Made by a program: the position numbers and the translations under genes
DNA from: Callorhinchus milii
Taxonomy: Eukaryota
Direction: 5' to 3'
NCBI RefSeq assembly: GCF_018977255.1
Contig: NW_024704742.1
Coordinates: 43,898,001-43,962,000 of the forward strand
DNA: 64,000 bases
Part shown: positions 11,960 to 24,925 of the stretch, piece after piece
Numbering within the stretch: position 1 is the stretch's first letter
How the letters are laid out: each line of letters starts with the position of its first letter
The notes under the pieces: model-generated
What the model was told of the DNA's origin: nothing
The model's input: the letters and a program-made list of their open reading frames with translations, nothing else
Databases searched by the model: none

Positions 11960-12560
11960 ATAATAATAATAATAATAATCCTTGCATTTGATATAGCGCT
12001 TTTCATGTCATCTAGACGTCTCAAAGCTCTTCACAGAATATATCGTAAAATGAATTGACCATATATTTGTGGGTGAAATGCGGCAGCCAATTGTGCACAG
12101 CAGTGTCCCACAAACAGTCGTGGATTGAAAATGACCAATTTATTATTGTTTTGGAGGAATTATTATTTGGCATGTGGAGTAAGGAAACTTGCCCAAGGTT
12201 TCGCCCTGCCTTGTGTGGTGCACATCCACAGATAAGAAGAATATCCCAAAATAATCAAAGGCATGGTCAAAGAGGTAGCTTTTTATATAATAATAATCCT
12301 TTCATTTGATATAGCGCCTTATCATGTTTTCAAGACACCTCAAAGCGCTTCACAGAATATACTGTTAATTGTATATTTTATATGTATATATATGTATATA
12401 GACTGTATATTTTGTGGGTGAAACATGGCAGTCAATTGCGCACAGCAATGTCCGACAAACGGTCATGGATTGTGTGGCCAAATTTTTTTTAAGGAATTAT
12501 TACCCCCGAAAAAGGGATCCGCCAATTGACTAACAATCGGGTTCCTACTTACTGCCAGGT
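11960..12560 (-). mobile_element. Two tandem Deu-type SINE copies
   Basis: (TAA)n tails at about 11960 and 12290, each followed by the reverse complement of the SINE body. Confidence 0.85.
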
Positions 12561-13289
12561 AAAATTTTAGGCTGGATTTAAAGACAGACGGAGATGGGCG
12601 AGATGGAGGGGAAGAGGGACCTAATTCCAGAGGTCAATAGTTCAATGAGAAAAGGGGGAAGGAAACAGTAACTGTGAAATCTTTCATAAAACCAGCTTGG
12701 AGTCTCATGTGGTGACAGTAAACAGGTTGCCAGTTCATCCTGTTTAACCATTCTCCAAATGTCAAGCTCAGGGTAGGGTGATTCAGTCTAATGAACCTCC
12801 TGAACTCATGGCATGTGCGTGCAGCTGAAAGTGAAGATAAGACTAAATGGAGGCATTAGCCCATTCATCACACATCTAGAATCTGCTGAAGGTAGGTAAG
12901 CTAACCCGAGAATTTAAACTTTAATGAAAATTGTTCCGTTATTGGGTATCTCTTGAGGAAATAATCACAAGATAAAATGTATACTCAAATGCCTCAAAAT
13001 TAATAAATTACTAAGGAGGCTACAGAAAATAGTTCAGACCTGAGCATATAAATTCAAAATGCCTTTTGACCTTAAAACAATGCCAAGCTGCCTCACAATA
13101 AGAAACTCTGTAAAGTGTTACACAACAGTGTCATAAACCAGCAAACTGTAAACCACACAATAAATTACTGCTGATAAAATTACTTCATAATAAAAATGCT
13201 CTGCAATACATTAACTCATGAAAACTCAGGACTTTGTTATTTTCTGCCAATTGGTAGCATGTTACAGTATGATTAATATTGTGAGGATG

Positions 13290-13545
13290 TCATTAGTTGT
13301 TAGTTGATTGACAGATCGCTGTTCCAGGGGTAATAATCCCTTCAAATTTTTTTTAAAAAACAATAATAATTTGGTCATTCAATGCATGACTGTTTGTGGG
13401 ACACTGTTGTGCACAATTGGCTGCTGCGTTTCACCCACAAAACACAGCCCATTCACTTTACAGTACATTCTGTGAAGCTCTTTGAGACATCTCAAAGACT
13501 TGATAAAGCACTGAATGAAATGCAAGGATTTACTATATATTATTA
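13290..13545 (+). mobile_element. Deu-type SINE, partial
   Basis: tgtttgtgggacactgttgtgcacaattggctgc...aatgcaaggatt. Confidence 0.8.
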
Positions 13546-14999
13546 CTTGGTTCAGAAGATCGGTTTGGATAAAGAAGGATGTTCAACCCATTTAATCTCA
13601 TTTTACCATCTTCTCAATGCAGCATCAAATTGTTTCTTAATGAATCCAGTGTCCTATTGGCCTCTACCATCGGTAATCCACTTCAGCTTTTGATTATCTT
13701 CTGTATAAATAAATAAACAAACAAACAAACAAACAAATAAATAAATATTCGCCCACAGAATATCCCCTTCATGTTTGCTAAAGCATTTCTCTTCCACTAT
13801 ATCTTTGGTCAACATCTATAAAAGTATAGAGTATTTCCCTGCTGGGTATTCCCCACTGCTTATGCATTTGGCAAGTATTCTGAAATGGTCCTTAATGTGA
13901 AAGGTATTGTTTTTCTAGCTGCATATTGGAAACCCCTTTATATTAGCAATATTGATTCTCTAATGTACAATATTCTGTTCTGCTATATTTGCTATTTACC
14001 AAACCTTTATCTACTGTTAACAAACAATGCTCAACAGACAACTGAGGAGACTTTCAACCTGAGTGTACTCTACATAGCATTTCTGAACATACAGAATTCT
14101 TAAATACAGCCGTAATTTTGAGCCCGATTTTCCAAAGCTTTTTTTGATAATTGTAGAAGACTGACTAAAGTTAAGACTGACTGAAATGTTATAGAAATTG
14201 AATAAATCTAGACTCAGGTGAGATTTCTCCCCACTCACTCTGTAACCTTTTGACCAGATACAGTGGCTGAGCCAATAAATAGCAGAACAATATTTATGAC
14301 TACCTCCATCTGCTGGGTTAAATATAATTACATAACAAACACTAGTTTTGGAAAGACAAAATATTGCTGGATAGATACAGAAAACCCTGTTATAATATGC
14401 TTTGTTAGAATGTTTAGCATGATTGGACTGTTGACTTTTACATTTACTTACCATTAAATGGCACAATGCCAAGTCTGGCTCCAACTATGCTTAAAAACAC
14501 CATGCAGGGATGTGGGAAGCAAAAATGGCATCAAGTCCATCCTACATAGCATCAAGCTGTTTTTTTTAGATGAGTCCATGTCTTAGCCTCAACCACCATT
14601 CCTGATAGCTTGTTCCTGTCATTAATTACCCTCTGTGTGAAGAAATACTTCCTGGTATCTGTCCTGAATTCCCCTTTACAACCCTAAAACGATGCTCTCT
14701 TGTTCTGCTGCCTTATCATATCTAACAGTAGGCATTTCTCTAAGTAAATAATTATATTTCACCCATATTATTGTATGTGCATAAATATAAACTGAATCCC
14801 ACACAATGAACAATGAGTGATTTTCCATCTTGCCCCTTAAAGCATCAGAAGATCACCAGAACATTCCTTTCAAACATGACAACAGGATCATAATTATAAA
14901 CTCACATCATATACTTTAATATTGTACATTATATGGTGAATAGACATATTCTAAACCTCAGTAGGTGAAGGGCTTTCTTGCAACCCTTGGAGAACACAG

Positions 15000-15666
15000 G
15001 CTCCTCTATAGAAGTTCTCGTAGTGGTTAACACGATGACCTCACAAGCGAGAGGACCTAAGTAAAACAAGTTTCCTTACCCCACACGCCTCGTTTACCTA
15101 GCAGTAAGTAGGAATCTGGTTGTTATTCGATTGACGGATTACTTTCTGGTTATAATTACTCCCCCCACAAAAAATAATTTGGTTACTCAATCCATGATTG
15201 TTTGTGGGACACTGCTGTGTGTAATTGGCTGCCTCGCTTCACCAACAAAATACAGAGTCAATCCACTTTACAATGTATTCTGTGAAGAGTTTTGAGACGT
15301 CTCAATGACCTGATAAGGCACTATATCAAATGCAAGGATTATAAGGATTGTTATAAATTTAATGGTTGTTATACTCTGAATAGTATACCAAAACATGCAG
15401 TTTCTTCCAGAACACAGACACATTTGGGATTAACATGAAGACCACAAGTCTTTTAAACATCAAATCCCTTAAAAAAATGAAAAATAATAATAATTAGGTC
15501 ACTCAATCCACAACTCTTTGTGGGACACTGCTGTGTGATATTGGCTTCCGTGTTTTGCCCATAAAGTATGCAGTCAATTCACTTTACATTATATTCTGGG
15601 AAATGCTTTCAGACGTCTTGAAGACATAATAAGGTGCTATATCAAATGCAACAATTATTATTATTA
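15000..15666 (+). mobile_element. Two Deu-type SINE copies (about 15000-15345 and 15480-15666)
   Basis: tRNA-like head remnant, Deu core, tail. Confidence 0.8.
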
Positions 15667-17149
15667 TGATCTCATGTCAGTGTCTTGGTAAGTAACTGTG
15701 TTACCCCGAATGTTAGATAATGGAATACATACTTGCAAGCAACTTGATAACTAAAGTACAAATATCTAATCCTTACATTGGTTTTACCTCATAATGCATT
15801 TCAAAGGACAACAGACAATAAATAGAACATTGATCATTTGGCATTGAAACATAAGTTAATTTTATACCAAGACAAAATAAAATAAATCACTTTTGTTTTT
15901 GAAATCTATATTATAATTATTATCACAACAATAAACCATTTTAATATCTTCCTTTGAACTTGTATATTTGTGCCTTATATATTTTTGACAAATAACTATG
16001 TGGCAAGACAGATTATTAATGGTATCCTGCTAGTAACTCTCCCGGTCCAAAGGAAAAATATATCAATTTATTGACTGTTTCTAGTTCTTAAGGAGTTAAG
16101 TAAAGTATATTATAACAGGGAAAGTGTTATGGAAATTGATTTTTCCAGTGTATTTAAGGTCAGAGACTGAAGCCAAATTTTTAGCAAAATCCAATATGCA
16201 GGTGAAAAATGAATCAATGGGAATTTCCAAACTTGGAAAAAATTAAACCAAAAATTGTCAGCATTGATTTCAAACCTTAACCTTTGGTACAGAACCAAAG
16301 GTTCTAGAAATTAATTATTTTCAAGTTACATATATTTAAATTCTCTTAGTTGTTCCCAGTTGTTACATAAGCTTTAGGTAAAAGAAAATTAAGCTTTAAA
16401 GATCTCTATGTGTATGTCTTTACAACTAACTGTGTTGATACTAGTGTATACTAGTGTATGCTTAATTGTCCTTGACCTGCGTGAGTCAATCATTTTCTAT
16501 CATCCTTCACCCGAGAGCTCTAGTAGCAATAGTTGCTCTGAGAGTTGATCCTTATTTTTTTTTTAACATGGCCTTGGCCCTTTTTTTTCCTTTTGCTATT
16601 GCAGATTTTATAGATTTATTGCCACTGTTGAAGAGATAAAAATGACAGGAGTAGTTGTTGGAAAATTGTTACGAGGATTCCTCATATTCTGACTCTGTTG
16701 ATGTACCAAATCAAGGTAACCAACATAGCCTGCCTAATTTCTGATGCTTAGACTTGTATTTGTTTCCAATGAAGACAAAGTGCTGAAATAATAACAATAA
16801 TGTGCATTTATATAGTGCCCTTCAGACAGGGTAGCATATCCGAGGCTAAACAATAAATAGACAAGTTTACAGAAATCAATTCAATCTCTGGTTATCACAA
16901 TGCAGGTACAATTGTGCTTAACATTTATCCTGAGGGACAATATCAACAACACCTTGTATTTATATAGCGCCCTTCATGAAAGGAAGCGTCTTGGAGCTAT
17001 TGAAATTAGTAAGATCATTCTGTAGTTCTTGATCTCACTGGGGTCATCATTCTTGTGGATAGAAACCACAATTGCACTCTGAAACATTGACAGGGTGCAT
17101 GTCTCAGAGAGAATCCTGGTGACCAGTGCTTGGAGGGCAGCTCAAGGCG

Positions 17150-18340
17150 AGTTGCAGCTTGTGGGCTTGATAAGATCCTCACTGTTTTCCATTGCCCGCC
17201 TCAGAGCAACTTGTAATTTAGCATTAATGCCTTCCTCACTTATTACCTTGCCATTAGTGAGACTCTACAGTGCAGAGGCCACCTCCTCCAATGGATTGAG
17301 TTGTTAAAACTTTCAAGCTGTTCCATACCTCTTGCCAGCGCTTCCATCTTCCATGCAGATGGATCTCTGCTCCAGCCTGTGGGTCAGATGGAAACTCCGC
17401 ATAATGTTCCCTTGATACCCAAAAGATACCCTCATGGGTTTGTTGTTGAACACCGTACTTGTCCAAACTGGCATGAGCCCAGAGGAACCCCTCCAGCCAT
17501 GACCAACAACTGACATCAGCCAACGGAAGAAAGGTTTGGAATCGTTCTTCTGCAGTTGCACCCCTTTTTGAATAAATATAAATTCCTCTTTTTGAAGTGA
17601 TGCAACGCATTGATCCCACTTCATTTCTCTAATAATTTCTCTTCCTGGCTTTGTGCTGTGCCTCATCATATATTACCTTTGCTGCAGTTTAAGCTGACTC
17701 TGAGATAGCTTCCAAAACCTATTTAAAGGCCCTCTGCTTTCGCCTAATAGCTTCCCTTCCCTTTGTGATTCCCTTGACCGAGTTCGGCTTCAGTGATGAG
17801 TGCCTTGCAGGCTGTAGCTTTAGTTTTCTTACAATCTCAGCTTCAGGAGCAAGAATATCCGAGTCGTCGAGTCCACATTGTCAGCTCTCGCACAGCTGAT
17901 TCATGGTCAACATTACCCCATGGCACCATACCTTGGCATGATCACTCACAGTATAAGGCACATTTCCAACCTCGGTGTCTCAGGGTTAGCATCCTACCAT
18001 GGAAGTTCAAGTACTACCCTCGTGTCAGGGACAGTGACTGGCCAGTGGTTAACGTTTTCCCAGCAACGCAGAACAATACAATTGGAGGGTATAGGACGTA
18101 CTAAGACACTCACCGCCACATGACCATTGCTGTTCCATTCTGCATTCCAAGCCGTGCCATGTTATTGGCGAACCTCGGAATGGAAGCAGAGCTTCACCTT
18201 TGAAGTTTTTGCTCCAGGTTTTGCTCCACCTTTGAAGTTCAGGTTCTGACATATTTGAATCTCCTAGAAGGAGCAATGGACAGGTAGAAAATGGTGATAC
18301 GACACAACACTGTCTCACACACACCCTTGAACTGCCACAT
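17150..18340 (-). mobile_element. Decayed APE-type non-LTR retrotransposon ORF2 (endonuclease C-half, linker, start of RT); not the local L2 or CR1 family
   Basis: Across frameshifts: PLLLLGDSNM...RGSPITWHG...HVAVS...VLRCWENVNHWPV...REAIRRKQRAFK...NDSKPFFRWL...REHYAE...NSIH/EEVASAL*SLTNGKVISEEGINAK, in the expected ORF2 order. Confidence 0.7.
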
Positions 18341-18751
18341 AACCCCTTGGATTGCTGATATACAACACAACAGCACAAACGTACTAGCAGTAGAAAGAGT
18401 CTCTGAAATAATTTCATAAATTGAAAACATTGCTAAATTAATATTTTTAAAGATGCACCTGGGATCACCATCAAATTGTTTTTTAATCTCTCAAAACAGA
18501 GCTCTTTTGTATACTGTACTGACGAACAGGAATTCTTAAATATGGAAGATTCTTTGAACTCAGGATCCAGATGAAAATCTTCAAAACATATATTTTCATA
18601 CAGAATATCCCAAACTATCTCAGGTTGTAAAATCTGATAAAAATATAAACCTTGAAACATCTTTCCAATGGCGTCCAGCCAGGACTATAGGAGTGCATTT
18701 CTGGATGTAAATAGAAAAGAAACATATTGTCTCCAAGGACTCCAAGGACTC

Positions 18752-18818
18752 CAGCGCCTTGGGATGTCCTCCCGACGTGAAAGGCGCTCAATAAATGGAA
18801 TCTTGTTGTTGTTGTTGA
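18752..18818 (+). mobile_element. Isolated L2 3' tail
   Basis: cagcgccttgggatgtcctcccgacgtgaaaggcgctcaataaatggaatc(ttg)n. Confidence 0.9.
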
Positions 18819-20000
18819 TTTTGAGATTGTTCTTTTCACATCCAGGACAGATTTGAAACAGCAAACTAGACCCTAATCTTTGAACCTCATATATAAAAAT
18901 ATATGCTGGCAAATTGCCTGTCTCTGCAACCAAGCATTTAAATGTGGGAGATTTAGACTATGAGTATGATTTCATATTAGGAGCTAGATCTAGTCTGAAA
19001 AACAATCAACCTGATTAAACCTAAAGTTACTGAATCACCTAGACATGAATCAGGTGTGGAAGCACATTTTTCAATATATTCCTGTATGCTTCCTCTTGCC
19101 AGATCCTTGCCAAACAACAGTAAGATCAACATTAGCTTGGATTTATATAGCTTGTTATATAAATCTTTTCTTTCATGTAAGATACCATATCAGAGCACTT
19201 TACAAAGATAAGGTTGGGTGACAAGAAAGGAGAGGACAGAGAGGGGAAGGTGGATATGATTATAAGCAATGTCAACATAGGTTTCAAGGTGCAACTTAAC
19301 ACGGATAGAAAGACAGATAGACAGATAGACAAAGGAAGTTCTGAAGGTTATCACCCACTCACTCTACCACTTCATTGGCAAACGAGCCTTCAGTCACCTT
19401 GTCCCCGGTCTCTGGAACTCTCCACCTGCCTCTTTGTGTCCTCCCTCTCTACTTTAAAAATTCTTCTGAAAACCTACTTCTTCAATATTCTTCATTCATC
19501 TTCATCTTAACCCCTTATCCACCATCCTGCTGAGCTCCACACTGCTTTAGGAAAGCACTCAAAGACATTTAACTCGATGAAAGATACTATATAAAGGTGA
19601 CGATTGTTGAAAATGCAGTGCAACATAAGGTGAGAGGGAGGGGGGCAGGTGACCATGAGCACGATCAAAAAGCACGATCTTTAAGCAGGATTTGAAGGTG
19701 GGGAGGAAGGGGGCAAGGCGGAGGGGGCAATAGTGTGGAAGTGAGCAAGTGAGTGCATGGATGTGAACGAGAGTAAGCTTTCAATCAAGAAACCGAGGTT
19801 TAGGACCAGCAATACAAGATGAAGTGTGCATTTTGTTTAGGTTGATCCTGTCAGCACCTGAGATGAGATGAGGCTGCTCAAACTCTCTGCTATTTTGAAA
19901 ACCATACAACATATATGTCATGAATCAAGAAATATTCAATCAGAAAACAATCTGAAAACATACAACCGATCAAACATGGACTTATCTAGACTTGTGCGAA

Positions 20001-20072
20001 TGTTCGGGGGCCGCCTTTTGAAGGTTCCATGGGCCACTTCCGGCTCGCGGGCCATAGGTTGGCCACCCATTG
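20001..20072 (-). mobile_element. hAT (Charlie-like) DNA transposon terminal remnant
   Basis: Minus strand caatgggtggccaacctatggcccgcgagccggaagtggccc resembles CAGGGGTGGCCAACCT..GGCCCGCGGGCC ends; no partner TIR seen. Confidence 0.5.
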
Positions 20073-20469
20073 GTATACAATTTGACTTCTTAAGCACCTA
20101 TAGAGTAAAATTGCACATGGGTTTAGATTTATTCCAGTATCGTAGTGTTTCAGAGTATCCAGAATTTGTCAAATTGTTAAATAAACTTTCTATGAGGCTG
20201 ATTTTCTGTAATTTCTTTTAAGAACTAAAGAAAACAGCTTCAAAGTTTAAATTGAACTCAATAACTTATCAAATTCTGCATACTATGAAATGTTAGTCCA
20301 GTAAATTTCAAGCTCTAAATGTCTATTTTTTGCAATAATTTCATTTAGATTGCAGAAAAATGGACAAAACTAACATTAAAATGACAATTAAAAAGTAGGA
20401 CTGAAAAGTTCCATTCCAGTTTCAATACAAGTTACATTTATCATACTTTTCAGGTCAGTAGGTTGTCTA

Positions 20470-20880
20470 AAGCACATTCACAGTGCTGGATTGGCACCCA
20501 AGCTGGGGGTGGAAGCCGAGGGCATGGGGATGAGAAAATGCGGAGAGAATTGTATGCACCTTGAAAGAGAGAATGACTCGGAGGACACCAGGATGGAATT
20601 CCAGAGAGTGGGGCAGAACGTCTGAAAGTTGTCAGATGCTGATGAGGCGGATAGGGCACAGGATATGAAGCAGGCTTCAGTGAAGGGAATGGCTGGGTCA
20701 GCAGGATTAAGAGTTCGCAGGGATAAAGTGAGCCAAGACATTCGAGGGAATAAAACATAAGAACGGGGATCTTGAACTTGATCCATTAGGGGTTGGGACA
20801 CAATGGAACTAAGAAGGATAGGGTAGATGGGCTTCCTGAGCCTGGTTCCTAGGGAGAATATAATAGCTGCCGTGTTCTAT
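20470..20880 (-). mobile_element. Old L2 3' fragment
   Basis: QVQDP / PTLWNSI-type motifs and L2 tail. Confidence 0.7.
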
Positions 20881-21269
20881 AGTGTGTTTCTTGTCACTTT
20901 ATTTTCATGTTACACTGAAAATGCATAGAAATGCATGTGTCTTTTGTACCCCACTATTGGAATGTGCTGGCAAGTAAATCATCTATTAAATTTCCACTAC
21001 ACATAACACTGTTACAATTTCATTTCTGAAAGTAAATCACTTTGATTGACTGACAAATACTGCTCCACAGTTTTAAAATTTGAATGCAATTTCTGATGTG
21101 AGCATAATTACTGGAATGAAAACTTACAGACTGTAAAAGAAAAGTTTAATAAAAGGAAATCTAATAAAATACAGCCTCTGACATATCTTATGTTTATGAA
21201 TATGTTGGAATTTATTTTGCATTGTATTAAATTTGTTGATGTGGGCTAAGCAATATTCAGCTCAGTGGG

Positions 21270-22732
21270 CTATGGCCTGCTCCATGTCCTCTGCCCTGCC
21301 TGCCCCACCATTGGTGGTCGTGCCTTCAGTCTCTCTGCCCCCACCCTTTGGAACTCCATTCCACATTTTCTTTGCTCGCTCCCTCCCTTGCCTCCTTCAA
21401 AGTCTTATCTCTCACACCATCTCCAACTTGTCTCTACCAATGATTTCTCTTCCAGCCCCCGCACAGTCTTGTGTCGTGTTCCACAGGCTCTGTCCTTGGT
21501 CCGCTCCTCATCAACCCCCCTTGATGACATCATCCGCAGACATGGGGTCAACTTCCACGTGTATGCTGCTGACATCAAACTCTATCTCTCTGCCTCCACC
21601 CTTGAATCCAGGACAACTGTCTGGAATGAGAGCCAATTTTCCACAAGTGAATGTCAGCAAGACCGAGGCCCTCCTGATTGGCTCGCACTAGCGCCTCCCC
21701 ACCTCAAGCACTGGCAGCAACAGTATCCATGGTTGCACACTCCACCTCACCAAGCCAGTGAGGAACCTGGGCTCCTTGTTCGACCCTCAACTGTCTTTTC
21801 TTCCTCATATCCATGCCGTGAACCACTCTGCTTCGCCCAACATTGCCCAACTCCACTGCCTCACTCCTCAGGCCGCCATAACCCTCATACACGCATTTGT
21901 TACCTCAAGGCTCAACTACGGAAACTCCTTCCTTGACGGCCTCCTCAGCTCTTCCCTCCACAAGCTGCAGATCATCCAGAACTCTGCAGTCTCCTGCACC
22001 AGGCTCCGTGACCCCATCACCCCCAACCTCGCCCGGCTCAACTGGTTCCCCAACCCTCAGAGGATAGAATTGAAAATCCTCGTCCTCACTTTCAAGGCCC
22101 TCCATGGCCTTGCACCTTCCCTACCTCTCTGACCTGCTGATCCCCATATTAACCTGTCTGCTCCCTCCGTTCAGCGGGGTCCTGCCTGATCCATGTCTCC
22201 TGCCCAACCCACCGTACCATCAGAGGCTGGGCTTTCAGCCTCTCTGTCCCTATTCTTTGGAACTCCATCCCACAATCCCTTCACCTTTCTCCCTCCCTTA
22301 CCTCCTTCAAGGCACTACTGAAGACCCTCCTTTTCGACCATGTCCTCTCTCTCTCTCTCTCTCTCCTTCCTCATCCCAACCCTGACCCCCCATGCTTGGG
22401 TCCTGATCCCTGACTGTTCAGTGCCTTGAGACGTCCTCCTGACATGAAAGATGTAATTTTGTTGTTGTTGTTCAAGGCCTGTCTCAAAATCTTCCTCTTT
22501 GACTGCACCTTCAGTCACCCTCCTACCTCTACCCTCCCTGACCTCCATCCCTCCTAATCCCAACCCCTAGCTCAGGTCCAAACCCCTGACTGGGCAGTGC
22601 CTTTGAACTCCCTGCTCCTTCCCCTCCCCCCCAAGGATGAAAGGCACTATACAAATGTAATTTGTTGCTGTTATTGTTGGGACATCCTCCACATGAAAGG
22701 CGCTATACCAAATGCAATAATTATTATTATTT
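21270..22732 (+). mobile_element. L2 LINE fragments with three stacked 3' tails
   Basis: [41 protein letters not shown]; tails end near 22472, 22678 and 22732. Confidence 0.9.
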
Positions 22733-23529
22733 AACATGGCATAGAATCATACAGCATAGAATGAGACCATACAGCCTATCGAGTCTGCACAAGCTCTCAA
22801 AGCAAGCTATCCACTCAATCCCATTGCCTAGCAATCTCAAACAGGATTTTTTAAGAAAGACTTCAAATCACAAATGGGCATTTCTTCTGGTAAGTCCGCA
22901 AGAACTCTACTCTGAAAGCAGTTTCCAGAGAAGAAGAATTCATTCACCTCTGTGTGATGTATTTTTAGTTGCTGGAACAAAGTTTTAGATATCCTCAATA
23001 TCAAATACGTTTTAACTATGAACAATTGTATTTATTATCCTCTACTTGCTATCCTCAGTTCTTTACTGTAACTGACTACTTTGATCTTCAAGGGTTGTTA
23101 GCCTCACTTAATTCTGAGTGCAGTTTTAAGACACTTATATTGCTGAGCTTCAATCACCCAGTTTACTAACCCATTCAATAATTTGCAAAATTATGGAGTT
23201 ATTCTAGTCCCAGATGGAACTACTGCTCTTTTGGTCGGATTGGTAGGATTTGTACCCTTTAATATATTGAATTATTCAATAAGATCTCTTCTGAGCCTTC
23301 TCAGGCTCCATAGGCTCTCCTCATTACTCAAGTTGCCCTTTGCTATACCATCTCCTATGCCAAGATGTCGCTGTACCCACATCAATGCCAGACTATAAAA
23401 CTCCAAAGATAATTACAAACATCTGAATAACAACAACAAAATTACATTTATCTAGCAAAATTATGGAGTTATTCTAGACCCAGATGGAACTACTGCTCTT
23501 TTGGTAGGATTGGTAGGATCTGTCTTTTT

Positions 23530-24925
23530 TTATATAGTACCTTCCTCATCAGAAAGACATCCCAAGGCACTGGACAGTTAAGGATTGGAATCGACAGGGA
23601 TGGAGGGTAGGGAGGGTGGCCAAAAGCATAATCGAAGAGGAAAGTTTTGAGATGGGCCTTGACGGAGGCAAGGGAATGGGGTGAGGCTGAGGAATTCCAG
23701 GATGGAGTTCCAGGGAGTGGGGGCAGAAAAGCTAAAGACCCGACCTCCATTGGGGTAGGCAGGGTGTGGGATATGAAGCAGGCCCGTGCCCCCAAGCGGA
23801 GGGAGCGGGCAGATTGGTATGGTGTTAATAGGTCACAGAGATAGGAAGAAGCAAGGCCATGGAAGGCTTTAAAAGTAAGGATGAGGATCTTAAACTTGAT
23901 CCTTTGGGGGATGGGGAACCAGTGGAGCCGGGCAAGGATGTGGGTGATAGGTTCATGGAACTTGGTACAGGAGAGGACACAAGCTGCAGAGGGAAGAGTT
24001 GGTAAATCTGGCATGAAAGGAGTTGGTGTATTCAAGCCTGGACATGATGAATACATGATTGAGGGTCTTAGCAGCCTGAGGGTAGAGGCAGTGGTGGAGG
24101 CAGGCAATGTTGCAGAGGTGGGGGAAAGCAGAGCGAATCATGGCACGAATGTACAGTTTAAAGGATAGTTGAACGTTGAACAGGAAGCCAAGGTCGGTGG
24201 ATACAAAGTGCAGACGATGGGAATGGAAAGATTGAAGCCAGACAAGGACAGAACTATGAAGATGGAGATGAGAAGAGAGATAGTGAAGAAGAACACAGTG
24301 GTCGAGAGTATCGAAGGCAGCAGAGAGATCGAGAAGGACGAGAAGACAGAGAGAGCCTGTATTTAATGTTACATGGAATGTTATGGAAACCAATTAATTG
24401 CTATTCAATCACCCCCATGTTCAAAAAACCTTCCCTCGGCCAATCCGTGTTCCTTACTCCATACACCTGATAATAATCCCTCTAGAATAAAGAATAATAA
24501 TAAATTGGTTACTTCAATCCACGACTGTTTGTGGGACACTGCTGTGCACAATTGGCTGCTGCATTTCGTCCACAAATATACAGTCAATTCACTTTACAGT
24601 ATATTCTGTGAAGTGCTTTGAGACGTCTAGAAGATGTGAAAAGCGCTATATCAAATGCAAGGATTATTATTATTATTATTTCAAATGCGAGGATTATTAT
24701 TATTATTTGGCCACAGATAAAGAGAATGTTATCTGTAACTTTGACCAGGGCTGAATCTGTGCTGTGGGCAACACAGAAACCAGATTGGAGGGGTTCATAG
24801 AGGGAGTGCTGGAAGAGGAAGCAGCGAAGCTGGGAAGCAACAACTTGTTCTAGGACCTTAGAAAGAGAAGGGATGGTAATTAGAGAACAAGGATTGGTCG
24901 AGGGAAGGTTTTCTGAGGGTGGGGG
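23530..24925 (-). mobile_element. L2 LINE interrupted by an inverted flank copy and a SINE (24360-24707)
   Basis: LLDLSAAFDTLDH and LHWFPIPQRIKFKIL; RT continues at 24710-24925. Confidence 0.88.
24450..24707 (+). mobile_element. Deu-type SINE, 5'-truncated, duplicated tail
   Basis: Matches about 37640-37877; tcaaatgc.aggattattatt present twice. Confidence 0.88.

Noticed and set aside
18433..18710. 75-aa minus-strand ORF and a short plus-strand open stretch next to the fossil LINE
   Set aside because: No recognisable family; an in-frame stop follows the candidate acceptor; no supportable exon chain.
19970..20098. Exon-like open stretch on the minus strand (VLKKSNCIPMGGQPMAREPE...)
   Set aside because: The GC-rich core is better explained as a hAT terminal remnant; the donor is weak.
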